From Minisyncoccia bacterium (GTDB lineage: Bacteria; Patescibacteriota; Minisyncoccia; Phycocordibacterales; UBA918), in the NCBI GenBank assembly GCA_046598345.1, contig JBKJIT010000001.1, positions 44,251-108,250 on the forward strand: a DNA stretch of 64,000 nucleotides, read 5' to 3'. The position numbers and the translations under genes were made by a program. The notes beneath the pieces are model-generated. The model was given only the letters and a program-made list of their open reading frames with translations, was not told the DNA's origin and did not search any database. Each line of letters starts with the position of its first letter. Position 1 is the stretch's first letter. Shown here in pieces: positions 1 through 9,970 of this stretch.

Positions 1-1
1 A

Positions 2-811
2 TTTGAGACCGTCTTGGGCTTCTTCACGACCGCCGACTCAATTGCAGCAAACAACATCGTCGTTGCGACATACCGCCATATCACAAGCCCAGAAATTCGT
101 ATGTACCTTCTTCGCCAGGCGTACGAGGAAGCAATTCATACGCATGCGTATCAGTACATCGTAGAATCTTTAGGGCTCGATGAGGCAAAGGTCTTCAATA
201 TGTACCGTGAGCGGGACGCTATATACAATAAGGCGAGCTTCATCCTCAATTTTAACGACGGCGTCTTTGATCCTTCGTTTAAGACAGGTACATTCGCAAA
301 CGACCAGAAGTTTCTTGAGAATCTGTGTGTATTCTCGCTCATTCTTGAGGGAATTTTCTTCTACTCTTCCTTTGCCGTTATGTTTGGATTCCAACGTCAG
401 CACAAGCTCACGGGCTCTGCAGAGCAGATTCAATACATCATGCGCGACGAATCCATGCACCTCAATTTCGGTTGCCAACTCATCAATACGATTAGGGAAG
501 AGCAGCCAGAACTCTGGACGAAAGATTTCCAAGATAAGATCACGGGGTACGTAAAAGAAGCTGCACGACTTGAGTACACGTACGCGCAGGAAGTATTTCC
601 ACTCGGTATCTTCGGCATGAACGCGAATGGTTTCAAACAATACATCGAGCACATCGCTGATCGTCGTCTCGAACGGGTAGGTCTCCCTGCCCAATTTGGG
701 GTAAACAACCCATTCCCGTGGATGAGCGAAGCGATTGATTTACCGAAGGAGAAGAACTTTTTTGAAACGAGGGTGACCGAGTACAAAACAGGAGGGGCCT
801 TGAACTGGTAG
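2..811 (+). CDS. nrdB: Ribonucleotide reductase class I beta subunit (5' truncated by window edge)
   Basis: EEAIH, EGIFFYSSF, RDESMH and NFFETRV motifs of the R2 ferritin-like fold; frame is open to the window start. Confidence 0.95.
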   Translation, partial: FETVLGFFTTADSIAANNIVVATYRHITSPEIRMYLLRQAYEEAIHTHAYQYIVESLGLDEAKVFNMYRERDAIYNKASFILNFNDGVFDPSFKTGTFANDQKFLENLCVFSLILEGIFFYSSFAVMFGFQRQHKLTGSAEQIQYIMRDESMHLNFGCQLINTIREEQPELWTKDFQDKITGYVKEAARLEYTYAQEVFPLGIFGMNANGFKQYIEHIADRRLERVGLPAQFGVNNPFPWMSEAIDLPKEKNFFETRVTEYKTGGALNW

Positions 812-889
812 TCTAGTATCGCACTTGGCCAGCAGTAATTGCCGGCCCTTTTGTAACGAAAAAGGTGCGTTTTGCTATACTTCAAGGAT

Positions 890-1831
890 ATGAGAAGTGG
901 GTTTTTAATGATGCTCATGGTTTCTGTCATTTTTGGCGGCGGGTATTGGTATTACGTGGCTGAGGCTATATGTGATTTGCCGGTTTCGTATCGAATTGGT
1001 GCGATTGACCCTCGGTTTAATATTGGTGAGGAATATGTCCGCAATCGGGCTTCTGTGGCAGAGTCAATGTGGGAGAATGCAACTGAGCGCAATATTTTTA
1101 CGTACGACCCGAGCGGAGACGTAACCATCAATTTTGTATTTGATGATCGACAAGCAACCGCGAACGAAGAAGAAGAACTTCGTGGTGTACTAGAAACGAA
1201 GGAGGGTGTGAGTGAGACGGTACGTGATCAGTATGATCGACTTCTTGGCGAATACACGACGCTGAAGAAAAGTTACGAAAAGCGAACGAGTACCTATGAA
1301 TCAAATCTTGCTGCATACAATACTGAGGTAGCAAAGTGGAATGAAAAGGGAGGTGCGCCAAAGGATGTGTTTGAGGAACTCAAGCAAACAGGGGAAAGAC
1401 TCGCAAGGGAGCAGCGTACATTAAATGAACTTGCCACGAGTCTGAATAAGCTCGTGGGGCAAATGAATGCGCTTGGAGCAAAAGGCACAACACTTATTAA
1501 TGACTACAATGAAGTGGTGAATGAGTACAATGATAAATTTACAGAAGGCTCTGAGTTTGCCCAAGGGGAATACAAGGCGGACGTTATCACTATCTATGAA
1601 TTTACCTCTGACGAAGAATTAGAGATTGTGCTCGCACATGAATTTGGACACGCGCTTGCGCTGGGTCATGTCGAAGGGGAATCCTCCATCATGTATCACC
1701 TTATGGAGGCACAGAATAAGGAAAGTGGGGTCACCGAAGAGGATATCGCTGAATTTAATCGCCTTTGCGGGAGTGAGGCAACGCCGAGTAAGCGGTTGTA
1801 TAGGTTCCTTTCAAGTATGTGGAAGAGTTAG
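890..1831 (+). CDS. Membrane-anchored matrixin-like (M10) zinc metalloprotease with coiled-coil insert
   Basis: HEFGHALALGH zinc motif, SIMY Met-turn, N-terminal TM; ATG 890 follows TGcTATACT -10. Confidence 0.85.
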   Translation: MRSGFLMMLMVSVIFGGGYWYYVAEAICDLPVSYRIGAIDPRFNIGEEYVRNRASVAESMWENATERNIFTYDPSGDVTINFVFDDRQATANEEEELRGVLETKEGVSETVRDQYDRLLGEYTTLKKSYEKRTSTYESNLAAYNTEVAKWNEKGGAPKDVFEELKQTGERLAREQRTLNELATSLNKLVGQMNALGAKGTTLINDYNEVVNEYNDKFTEGSEFAQGEYKADVITIYEFTSDEELEIVLAHEFGHALALGHVEGESSIMYHLMEAQNKESGVTEEDIAEFNRLCGSEATPSKRLYRFLSSMWKS

Positions 1832-1881
1832 AAGTTGGTAACAGCCTGAAACACTTAGTGTCTCAGGCTGTTACCAACTTC
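1831..1881. terminator. Long hairpin / putative terminator
   Basis: gaagttggtaacagcctga...tcaggctgttaccaacttc inverted repeat. Confidence 0.55.
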
Positions 1882-1943
1882 ATATATTTTCGTAATACAA
1901 AGCATAGTAGTATTAAAACGAAGTAATAACACATTAAATATAT

Positions 1944-2738
1944 ATGTTCCAGGAACCAATTATGCGCAACATTGTGCTCGGCGTCGGGGTAGCTGCGGTA
2001 ATCGCACTCCTTGCGTACACGTACTCATCAATCTCACAGGCTAGATACATGACCCAAATGCCGGTCACGATTTCAGTGTCAGGTGAGGGTGAAGTATTTG
2101 GGAAGCCAGATATCGCTAGTTTTAGTTTCTCCGTGAATGCGAGAGAAGCTGACGCGGTATCTGCTCAGAACAAATCAGCAGAGGCAGTCAATGCAATTCT
2201 CGCGTACCTCAAGGAAAAGGGAATTGAAGATAAGGATGTGAAGGTAACTGGATACTATCTCAATCCGGAGTATGAGTATCCAACATCACTTCCATGTGAA
2301 CGCGGTTACTGCCCACCGACGGGTGAACGAAAACTTACCGGATATGAAGTAAATCAGACAGTTTCAGTAAAAGTTCGAGATACGAAAGATAATCGAATTG
2401 GTATGCTCATTTCTGGAGTAGGAGAGCTTGGAGCTACCAACATCAATGGACCTGAGTTTACGATTGATGACGATAGTTCACTTAAGGCAGAAGCGAGGGC
2501 GCAGGCAATCGCTGATGCAAATGAGCAGGCACTCAAACTCGCGAAGGATCTTAACGTACGCATTGTACGTATGACCGGATTCTGGGAGGACGAGGGAGGA
2601 TACCCAATGTACAACAGCTACGGTATGGAGAAATCCATGTCTATGGATTCTGCAGGGGCAGCACCAATTGCCCCGTCAATGCCAATGGGAGAAAACATGA
2701 TCACCTCACGAGTAAATGTGTCGTTTGAAGTGAGATAG
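1944..2738 (+). CDS. SIMPL (DUF541) domain protein
   Basis: ISVSGEGEV..PDIA, GYEVNQTVSVKVRD, ARAQAIADA motifs; N-terminal TM. Confidence 0.9.
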   Translation: MFQEPIMRNIVLGVGVAAVIALLAYTYSSISQARYMTQMPVTISVSGEGEVFGKPDIASFSFSVNAREADAVSAQNKSAEAVNAILAYLKEKGIEDKDVKVTGYYLNPEYEYPTSLPCERGYCPPTGERKLTGYEVNQTVSVKVRDTKDNRIGMLISGVGELGATNINGPEFTIDDDSSLKAEARAQAIADANEQALKLAKDLNVRIVRMTGFWEDEGGYPMYNSYGMEKSMSMDSAGAAPIAPSMPMGENMITSRVNVSFEVR

Positions 2739-2837
2739 TCCGGGGGACTATCGCAAGACTTTGAACATCCGCCAGCTGGCGGAGTGGGAAAAGTACAGCT
2801 TCTGTAAGAAGAGCTAATACATTAAAGCACCCAAACA

Positions 2838-2877
2838 TACAGCAAAAATCGCGCCTCCCGGCGCGATTTTTGCTGTA
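2838..2877 (+). terminator. Intrinsic terminator
   Basis: cagcaaaaatcgcgcc-tccc-ggcgcgatttttgctg. Confidence 0.75.
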
Positions 2878-2983
2878 TACTGAGGGCGAAATGCGGTCTA
2901 ATTGACTTCCGCTTCCAGTCTGGTAGTATGAAATCAATCGCCCGCAGGGGCGTTTTAATTTTGCTTAATCATCCACACTAATT

Positions 2984-3166
2984 ATGAGCTTCATTGAATA
3001 TCTCAAAGATACCCGGAACGAACTCGGACATGTTTCGTGGCCAACGCGTCGACAGGCAATCGTGTCTACGGTTTTAGTTGTAGTTATTTCCATTCTTGTT
3101 GCTATCTATATTGGAGTGTTCGACTTCATTTTCAGCCGGGCATTGGATTGGTTTATTGAGGGGTAG
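2984..3166 (+). CDS. secE: Preprotein translocase SecE
   Basis: ELGHVSWPTR motif, single TM, upstream of nusG. Confidence 0.95.
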   Translation: MSFIEYLKDTRNELGHVSWPTRRQAIVSTVLVVVISILVAIYIGVFDFIFSRALDWFIEG

Positions 3167-3366
3167 AGGATTTTATTTAAAGATTCATGGAAGGTAGTGG
3201 TAAAGAGTTCGTTCGTCGATGAGAGGTTGAGAAACAATCACTTGTTTCTCAAGAGGTTGTCGAGATTTTCTGTAAGAAAATATCATACAACCTGAACAGT
3301 GCCTGTAAGGCATAGGAAGCATCAATCGAGAGTTGAAGATTCATTAAATTCTAACAAAAAGTAAGC

Positions 3367-3912
3367 ATGGCAAAACAACATACAGACGGAGAACGGCATT
3401 GGTACGCAATTCATACCTACTCAGGATATGAGAATGCAGTATCGCGTAATCTAAAGCAGCGTATTGAATCTCTCGGTATGCAAGATCGGATTTTTGATGT
3501 AGTCGTGCCAACGGAAAAAAAGATTCGAGTGAAAGGAGGGAAGCGAGTTACCGAAGAGGAACGCATTTATCCTGGTTACGTTCTCGTTGATATGATCGTA
3601 ACTGATGATTCATGGTACGTCGTGCGTAACACGCCTCGCGTGACCGGCTTCGTGGGAAGTGGTACGCAGCCTGTACCGCTCAAGGATAACGAACTTAAAG
3701 CGCTTATGAATCGTATGGATGATGAAGCCCCAAAGCACCAAGTGGACTTCTCTATTGGCGATATCGTTATGATCGTCGATGGTCCGTTCAAGGAGCTTGA
3801 AGGGAAGGTGGGAGAGATTGATGAAACGCGCGGTAAGGTTAAGGTGCTTGTTTCTATGTTCGGTCGCGAGACTCCCGTAGAACTCGATTTCCTCCAACTA
3901 AAGCGGATCTAA
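3367..3912 (+). CDS. nusG: Transcription factor NusG
   Basis: WYAIHTYSGYE, PGYVLV, KOW domain with MFGRETPVEL. Confidence 0.98.
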   Translation: MAKQHTDGERHWYAIHTYSGYENAVSRNLKQRIESLGMQDRIFDVVVPTEKKIRVKGGKRVTEEERIYPGYVLVDMIVTDDSWYVVRNTPRVTGFVGSGTQPVPLKDNELKALMNRMDDEAPKHQVDFSIGDIVMIVDGPFKELEGKVGEIDETRGKVKVLVSMFGRETPVELDFLQLKRI

Positions 3913-4020
3913 TATCTGTCGGTGTGCGCGTTTGCCAAAGTCCATATTCTCTTGTACGATAGGCGGGCTTCTGAGAGCTGATATGGACTGCTCTCTATAA
4001 AGATTTAATTAACATACACC

Positions 4021-4443
4021 GTGGCTAAAAAGATAGTAAAGAAAATCAAGGTACAGGCGACAGGTGGGAAGGCAACACCAGCTCCACCACTTGGTCCGGT
4101 ACTAGGACAGGCCGGTATTAATATCGGTGAATTCGTAAACCAATTTAACGAACAGACTCGTGATCGAATGGGAGATGTGGTTCCAGTTGAGCTTACCGTC
4201 TATGACGATCGAAGTTTCACCTTCATCACAAAGACCAGTCCAGCTTCACGGCTCATTCTCAAAACAATTGGTAAGGACAAAGGCTCTGGAAAGAATGCGA
4301 CTGCAAAAGTTGGAAGTATTTCTAAGGCACAGATTCGAGAAATTGCGGAAACAAAGATGCAGGACTTAAATGCAAATGACATTGACGCTGCGATGAAAAT
4401 CATCGAAGGTACCTGCCGAAGTATGGGCGTAGAAGTAAAATAA
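4021..4443 (+). CDS. rplK: 50S ribosomal protein L11
   Basis: [15 protein letters not shown] motif; GTG start. Confidence 0.98.
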   Translation: MAKKIVKKIKVQATGGKATPAPPLGPVLGQAGINIGEFVNQFNEQTRDRMGDVVPVELTVYDDRSFTFITKTSPASRLILKTIGKDKGSGKNATAKVGSISKAQIREIAETKMQDLNANDIDAAMKIIEGTCRSMGVEVK

Positions 4444-4573
4444 ATTTACTTCAACAAAGGTTGTAAAACATACATTAAAACCGCTCTAAGGCGGTTTTAA
4501 TGTATGTTTTACAACCTGAACTGCGGGCGGTATGCCGCAGACGTGAAGTCGTCCCGCCCATCACATTCGCGAT

Positions 4574-4616
4574 TTAAAAAGCAAAAATCCGCCCTAGGCG
4601 GATTTTTGCTTTTTAA
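4574..4616. terminator. Bidirectional intrinsic terminator
   Basis: aaaaagcaaaaatccgcc-cta-ggcggatttttgcttttt. Confidence 0.75.
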
Positions 4617-4734
4617 CACCTCAGAAACTTGCTCATCCTTGAATTAGTGGTATAACTGGCATGGGTGATGGAAGCTTTTCATGTTCCAGAGGACCCACGT
4701 ACATTTTCAACAATCGTTTTTGTGAGGTAAAAGA

Positions 4735-5307
4735 ATGAATGCATCACATGCGAAGCAGATGAAAATTCTCACAGCAGCTCAGATCGGACTGCACGAATCG
4801 CTGATCGCGCGACAGGAAATGGAGGAAGCACGACTGACTTGCTCCATGCTTATTGTTGCACAAAAATCAGCGGTACTGTTGGTTCGTTCGAAGGTTGGTC
4901 AAAACTGGATCGCGCCCCAGGGCAAGATCAAGACGACCGACAAGACACTGACGCTTGGTGCGCGGCGTGAAGCTTTCGAGGAAGTTGGCTTCGAAGATCG
5001 TCATCGCTCGAGTGAGTATGACATCTTAGTCGGCCAGTACCGCAATCCGATTCCCCGGAATCGGCAAGAGTCTTGCAAAGAAAAACTCATTGTCTGTGTC
5101 GGCATGACGGCAACGCGTGATTCTTTCGTCAGGTTGAATGACGACAACGAGCGGCACGAATGGGTTTCTTCGCCAAGTCAGCTCGCTGAACTCATGTCCA
5201 CAACCCGCAAGATAAAGCGGGAAGGCACGTTTGCAGCGCTGCATCGTCTGTTCGAGCGAAAGATCCTCAATTGGACACCGTTCGCTGGGCAACTGGCAAC
5301 ACAGTAA
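4735..5307 (+). CDS. Nudix-family hydrolase (divergent)
   Basis: PQGKI..D...LGARREAFEEVG resembles the Nudix box; GAGGT SD upstream. Confidence 0.7.
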   Translation: MNASHAKQMKILTAAQIGLHESLIARQEMEEARLTCSMLIVAQKSAVLLVRSKVGQNWIAPQGKIKTTDKTLTLGARREAFEEVGFEDRHRSSEYDILVGQYRNPIPRNRQESCKEKLIVCVGMTATRDSFVRLNDDNERHEWVSSPSQLAELMSTTRKIKREGTFAALHRLFERKILNWTPFAGQLATQ

Positions 5308-5356
5308 GGAACTGCAGCAAAGTAGAAAAGTGATCGAGTTTTTTCGGTCACTTTTT

Positions 5357-5848
5357 TTATGCACTTCGCTCCAAAGTGATCCATTCATATTGAAGATCAT
5401 CTTGTGCACGGTCCTCTTGCTCGATAATTTTTGTAAATGCGCTGTAGTCTGGGAAAAAAGTATCTGCTCCAGGGTCACTTTCCTGAATCACGGTGAGGTA
5501 GAGGCGATCAGTCATATTGATGCCCTGAGCATAGAGTTGACCGCCCCCAAAAATAAAAACTTCTTCTGAATCAATTTCTTTGGCAGCGGTAAGCGCTTTT
5601 TCAAGAGAATCAAATACTAAACACCCATCAATACACATCTGGCTCCGTGTCACGACGATATTTGTGCGGTTGGGTAGCGGGTGCCCAATTGAATCAAAGG
5701 TTTTCCGTCCCATAATAATGGGGTGTCCGGTCGTGAGTTCCTTAACCCGCTTTAAATCGTCGCTGATTCGCCACACAAGTTTTCCGTCTTTACCGAGCTC
5801 ACGGTTTTTACCTATAGAGGCAATGATACTGATGCGTGGAGTGTCCAT
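5357..5848 (-). CDS. folA: Dihydrofolate reductase
   Basis: IIMGRKTFDSIGHPLPNRTNIVVTR, FIFGGGQLY, ADTFFP. Confidence 0.97.
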   Translation of the reverse strand: MDTPRISIIASIGKNRELGKDGKLVWRISDDLKRVKELTTGHPIIMGRKTFDSIGHPLPNRTNIVVTRSQMCIDGCLVFDSLEKALTAAKEIDSEEVFIFGGGQLYAQGINMTDRLYLTVIQESDPGADTFFPDYSAFTKIIEQEDRAQDDLQYEWITLERSA

Positions 5849-5969
5849 CTTTTCATTATGCCATACCAAACCGATGCCACATTTGCTTGGAATCCAAAGG
5901 AAACGCCCCAGTGTTCTGGGGCGTTATCAACAAAAGTTCGCCATGGAACTGAGTAGACGTAAACTTCAG

Positions 5970-6155
5970 TCACACTGAGGGCTCTGCAAGCGTGTTTGAT
6001 GACCCTGAAGGCATCCCTTGTCGTGCCTCTGCTAACACGGAAGATGGACTACTTGTGTCTGGTATCGGCTTGAGAGGCGGCCATTGACCCGTCACAATCC
6101 TGGTGTGCATTTGATGCATTTGTGCCCATGCGATGGGACAAGTTACCGTCTTCAT
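5970..6155 (-). CDS. Small orphan protein (61 aa)
   Basis: AGGAG 6 nt before ATG; downstream hairpin near 5901-5926; no recognisable family. Confidence 0.4.
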   Translation of the reverse strand: MKTVTCPIAWAQMHQMHTRIVTGQWPPLKPIPDTSSPSSVLAEARQGMPSGSSNTLAEPSV

Positions 6156-6298
6156 GAGAGTCTCCTGGTGAGGATGAACTTGCTCTCAAAACTATGTCAC
6201 GCTTTAAAAATTGTTGCAACTGATATCAATGCGGATTATGTCATAGTATTTTTGCTCTGTCTTTTTGAGCTGCCGGGCGGGGCAGGTATAATGTTTTT

Positions 6299-6973
6299 AT
6301 GTCACAGTATGAGATTGAGGTAAAAACGCTTTTGGGAGAAAAAGTAAATGCGGACGCGCTTAAAGCCCGCATGTGTGAACTTGACCCGTCGTCTACCTGT
6401 ACAAGCACCAACCGTCAGCTCAATCATTATTTTGAAGGTGGCGATCTTCAGACGCTTTTTTCTAAAACAGAACATTTGTTTTCAGATGAGATAAAAGAAA
6501 AATTTCAGCACATTGCAGAAAAAGGGTCCGATTTTTCAGTTAGAACAAGACAAAAAGATGAACAAGTCCTTCTTGTTGTAAAAGCTTCGGTTGATGAGGG
6601 GACGAGCTCAAATGCCGTTTCGAGACTGGAATTTGAAGAAGCGGTTCCTGTGATGCTCCGTGAACTTGATACACTTGTGCTTGAAGCAGGATTTGCCTAT
6701 CAAGCAAAGTGGTCTCGCGAGCGAGAAGAGTACAGCTACAAAGGAGCAAATGTGTGCATCGATCGCAACGCAGGGTATGGCTATCTTGCAGAGTTTGAAA
6801 AAGTGGTAAGTGACGAATCCACACTTACTGATGTCCGAAAAGAAATTGATGCACTTATGATGGAGCTTGGTGTGGAGGAATTAAGACAAGATCGACTTGA
6901 GCGTATGTTCGCATTTTACAATACCAACTGGCCCGATTACTACGGAACCGATAAAACCTTTTTGATAGAATAA
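6299..6973 (+). CDS. CYTH / triphosphate tunnel metalloenzyme
   Basis: N-terminal EIEVK (ExExK), RLEFE, REEY, LAEFE motifs. Confidence 0.8.
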   Translation: MSQYEIEVKTLLGEKVNADALKARMCELDPSSTCTSTNRQLNHYFEGGDLQTLFSKTEHLFSDEIKEKFQHIAEKGSDFSVRTRQKDEQVLLVVKASVDEGTSSNAVSRLEFEEAVPVMLRELDTLVLEAGFAYQAKWSREREEYSYKGANVCIDRNAGYGYLAEFEKVVSDESTLTDVRKEIDALMMELGVEELRQDRLERMFAFYNTNWPDYYGTDKTFLIE

Positions 6974-6982
6974 TTTTGTAAC

Positions 6983-7564
6983 ATGTTTCTTTCAGACGTT
7001 GATATTATCGAAGCAGTAAAGAAGGGAGAAATAACCCTTAAGCCTTTTTTTGAATCGCGCCTCCAGCCTGCAAGCTACGACATTTTGCTCGGTAATAAGT
7101 TTGTGGTGAATGAGGAAAACAGCACGTACTTTGTAGATCCAGCAAAAAAGATTTATGCAAAAACGAGAGAAATTTCTGTAAAGGACGGTCAGGAATTTGT
7201 GTTGCATCCAGGGGTATCAGTACTAGGTACTTCAAAAGAGTTTTTTGGCTCCAATGAATATCTCATACAAGTAGGGGGAAAATCATCTCTTGCGCGCGTT
7301 GGCCTCATGATTCATAACACTGCAGGACTTATTAATCCCGGGCATTTTCTCCATATTACGTTTGAACTATGTAACCTGAATAACGTTCCAATCATTCTTC
7401 GTCCTGGTATGGAAATAGCTCAGCTCACATTCTCAAAAATTTCTTCGCCCACGCGCCAGAGCTACGAGCAGGTAGGTCGTTTTGCTAAGGATAATTGGAA
7501 AAACTTTGCAGAACCGAAAAAGAAGACAGTGAAAAAGAAAAGCGTACCAGCTAAGAAAAAATAA
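6983..7564 (+). CDS. dcd: dCTP deaminase
   Basis: LQPASYDI, GKSSLARVG, TAGLINPGH, IAQLTF. Confidence 0.95.
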   Translation: MFLSDVDIIEAVKKGEITLKPFFESRLQPASYDILLGNKFVVNEENSTYFVDPAKKIYAKTREISVKDGQEFVLHPGVSVLGTSKEFFGSNEYLIQVGGKSSLARVGLMIHNTAGLINPGHFLHITFELCNLNNVPIILRPGMEIAQLTFSKISSPTRQSYEQVGRFAKDNWKNFAEPKKKTVKKKSVPAKKK

Positions 7565-7565
7565 T

Positions 7566-8573
7566 ATGCCAAAGCACCCCGAGTATCAGTATCTTGATTT
7601 GTGCAAAGATATTCTTGAAAATGGGGCAGACAAGCAACTTTTTTTTAATGATGTCATCCTCAAGGAATATGAGGAAAAAGGAGAAAAGCCCCCCTTAATT
7701 CGTTCAGTATTTGGGCGACAGATGCGCTTTGATTTGGGTGACGGATTTCCACTTTTGACGACCAAGAAAACTTTTTGGCGCGGAATTGTTACTGAACTTC
7801 TTTGGTTTCTTTCAGGAAGTTCAAACATCAAGCCACTCATTGATGTAAACAACCATATTTGGGATGAATGGGCATGGAAGCACTATCAGATGTGGGCAAC
7901 TGAAGAGGAGAAGGAAGAAGGAATGACGCAGGAGCTTCTTGTAGAAAAACTAAAGAATCTTCCAGTAAACGATCCATTTGTTATGAAGTGGGGAGATCTC
8001 ATCACTATCTATGGACGCATGTGGCGAAGGTGGCCAGCTAAGGATGGGAGAGAGATAGATCAACTTGCCTGGGTAATTAATGGTCTCAAGACAAAGCCAG
8101 ATCGAAAGTCATATGTAGTTAGTGCATGGAATCCTGATTTTATCTATGAGATGGCTTCCGAGGGGCAAAAGTCTCACGTCCCACCATTTTGTCATACCAT
8201 GTTTCAATTCCAGGTTGCGAATGGGAAATTGAACCTAGGACTGTACCAACGTTCAGGAGATCTATTTCTCGGTGTACCATTTAATATTGCGAGCTATGCA
8301 CTCCTTTTACTTATGGTGTCGCATGTAACCAAAATTCCACCTGGCGAATTTGTACATACGCTCGGAGATGTACATATATATTCAAACCACTTTGACCAAG
8401 TTAAAGAACAGTTGCAGCGTGAACCGTACCCATTCCCAAAGGTCACACTCAATTCTGCAGTGGATGATATTGATGACTTTAAGATAGAAGATGTTACGCT
8501 TGAGGGATATCAGGCACACGACTCAATCAAAGCAGAAATTGCTAATATTGGAGGGTTTGTAGAAAAGAAATAA
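7566..8573 (+). CDS. thyA: Thymidylate synthase
   Basis: FPLLTTKK, PPFCH, YQRSGDLFLGVPFNIASY, GDVHIY. Confidence 0.97.
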   Translation: MPKHPEYQYLDLCKDILENGADKQLFFNDVILKEYEEKGEKPPLIRSVFGRQMRFDLGDGFPLLTTKKTFWRGIVTELLWFLSGSSNIKPLIDVNNHIWDEWAWKHYQMWATEEEKEEGMTQELLVEKLKNLPVNDPFVMKWGDLITIYGRMWRRWPAKDGREIDQLAWVINGLKTKPDRKSYVVSAWNPDFIYEMASEGQKSHVPPFCHTMFQFQVANGKLNLGLYQRSGDLFLGVPFNIASYALLLLMVSHVTKIPPGEFVHTLGDVHIYSNHFDQVKEQLQREPYPFPKVTLNSAVDDIDDFKIEDVTLEGYQAHDSIKAEIANIGGFVEKK

Positions 8574-8646
8574 TCGTACACGTTTAGAGCATATGATCTG
8601 ACGACTATACAACAAGTGATGACATTATTCAGTTTAGTTTTTAGAC

Positions 8647-9912
8647 ATGCAATACGATCATATTCAAAGTCAGGATAAAGAAATATTTGACGCCCTAACG
8701 GGCGAAGAGAATCGAGAGGCAACCGGACTCGAGCTCATTCCATCAGAAAATTATGTGTCGCGAGCCGTTCGCGAAGCGAACGGCTCCGTACTCACAAATA
8801 AGTACTCGGAAGGGTACCCGGGAAGACGGTACTACGGTGGGCAGACGTACACGGATATAGTAGAAAATATTGCAATCGAGCGAGCAAAGAAATTATTTAA
8901 TTGTGAGTACGCAAACGTACAGTCGCTTTCTGGTGCACCGGCAAACGTCGCCATGTATTTCGCACTCCTCGAGCCAGGTGACACAGTTCTCGGTATGGAT
9001 CTCTCTCATGGAGGTCACCTCACCCATGGGCACCCGACAACGTCCATCAATAAGGTTTTTAACTTCGTGCGGTACAAGATGAAGGACGTGAATACGGGAG
9101 AAATTGATTATGATGAATTACGACGGGTGGCGCTTGAGCATAAGCCAAAAATTATTCTCGCAGGTTTTTCAGCGTATAGTCGCGAACTCGATTATGCAAA
9201 ATTTGTTGAGATAGCAAAAGAAGTTGGTGCATATACCGTTGCGGATATGGCCCACATTGCTGGCCTTATTGCGGGAGGTGTCGCTCGAAATCCGTTTGAA
9301 GACGGATTTGATGTGATTACCACGACGACACACAAGACACTTCGTGGCCCTCGCGGCGGTATGATTCTCACACGAAACAGTGAAGAAATTGCAAAAAAAA
9401 TAAATAAGGCTGTATTTCCAGGACTTCAAGGTGGCCCGCATATGAATAACATTGCTGCTAAAGCGATAGCGTTTGGTGAGGCACTTACGCCTGCATTTAA
9501 GGAATATGCAGCGCAGATCTTGAGGAACGCTAAGGCGATGGAAGCAGTCTTTCGAAATGCAAATATCAGAATGCTTGGCGGAGGCACATCAAATCACCTG
9601 ATTCTCGCGGACGTCTATGGATCGCTTGGGATAACGGGACAGGAAGCGGAAATCGCGCTCGACGAGATTGGAATTACGCTTAATAAAAATATGATTGCTG
9701 ACGAAACACGTTCTGCAATGGATCCGTCAGGGATTCGATTTGGTACTCCCGCAATGACAACGCGCAACATGAAGGAAGGAGAATCAACACGTGTGGCTGA
9801 GATCATGATAGAACTGCTCACGAACATTAAAAGCGATGATACAAAGAAAAAGCTCAAAGGTGAGATTGAGGAGTTGAGTGGAAAATTCCCGATACCTGAC
9901 TCGTTCGTCTAG
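8647..9912 (+). CDS. glyA: Serine hydroxymethyltransferase
   Basis: LIPSENY, NKYSEGYPGRRYYGG, TTTHKTLRGPRGG. Confidence 0.98.
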   Translation: MQYDHIQSQDKEIFDALTGEENREATGLELIPSENYVSRAVREANGSVLTNKYSEGYPGRRYYGGQTYTDIVENIAIERAKKLFNCEYANVQSLSGAPANVAMYFALLEPGDTVLGMDLSHGGHLTHGHPTTSINKVFNFVRYKMKDVNTGEIDYDELRRVALEHKPKIILAGFSAYSRELDYAKFVEIAKEVGAYTVADMAHIAGLIAGGVARNPFEDGFDVITTTTHKTLRGPRGGMILTRNSEEIAKKINKAVFPGLQGGPHMNNIAAKAIAFGEALTPAFKEYAAQILRNAKAMEAVFRNANIRMLGGGTSNHLILADVYGSLGITGQEAEIALDEIGITLNKNMIADETRSAMDPSGIRFGTPAMTTRNMKEGESTRVAEIMIELLTNIKSDDTKKKLKGEIEELSGKFPIPDSFV

Positions 9913-9970
9913 CAAAAAGCGCGACGCGAAGCGTCGGGCTTTTTGCTTTGATACGGTACAATGAGCAATT

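Noticed and set aside
4735-5307. Nudix protein as the missing dUTPase of the thymidylate cluster
   Set aside because: Convergent with folA, separately transcribed and SD-led like the orphans; adjacency alone is insufficient.
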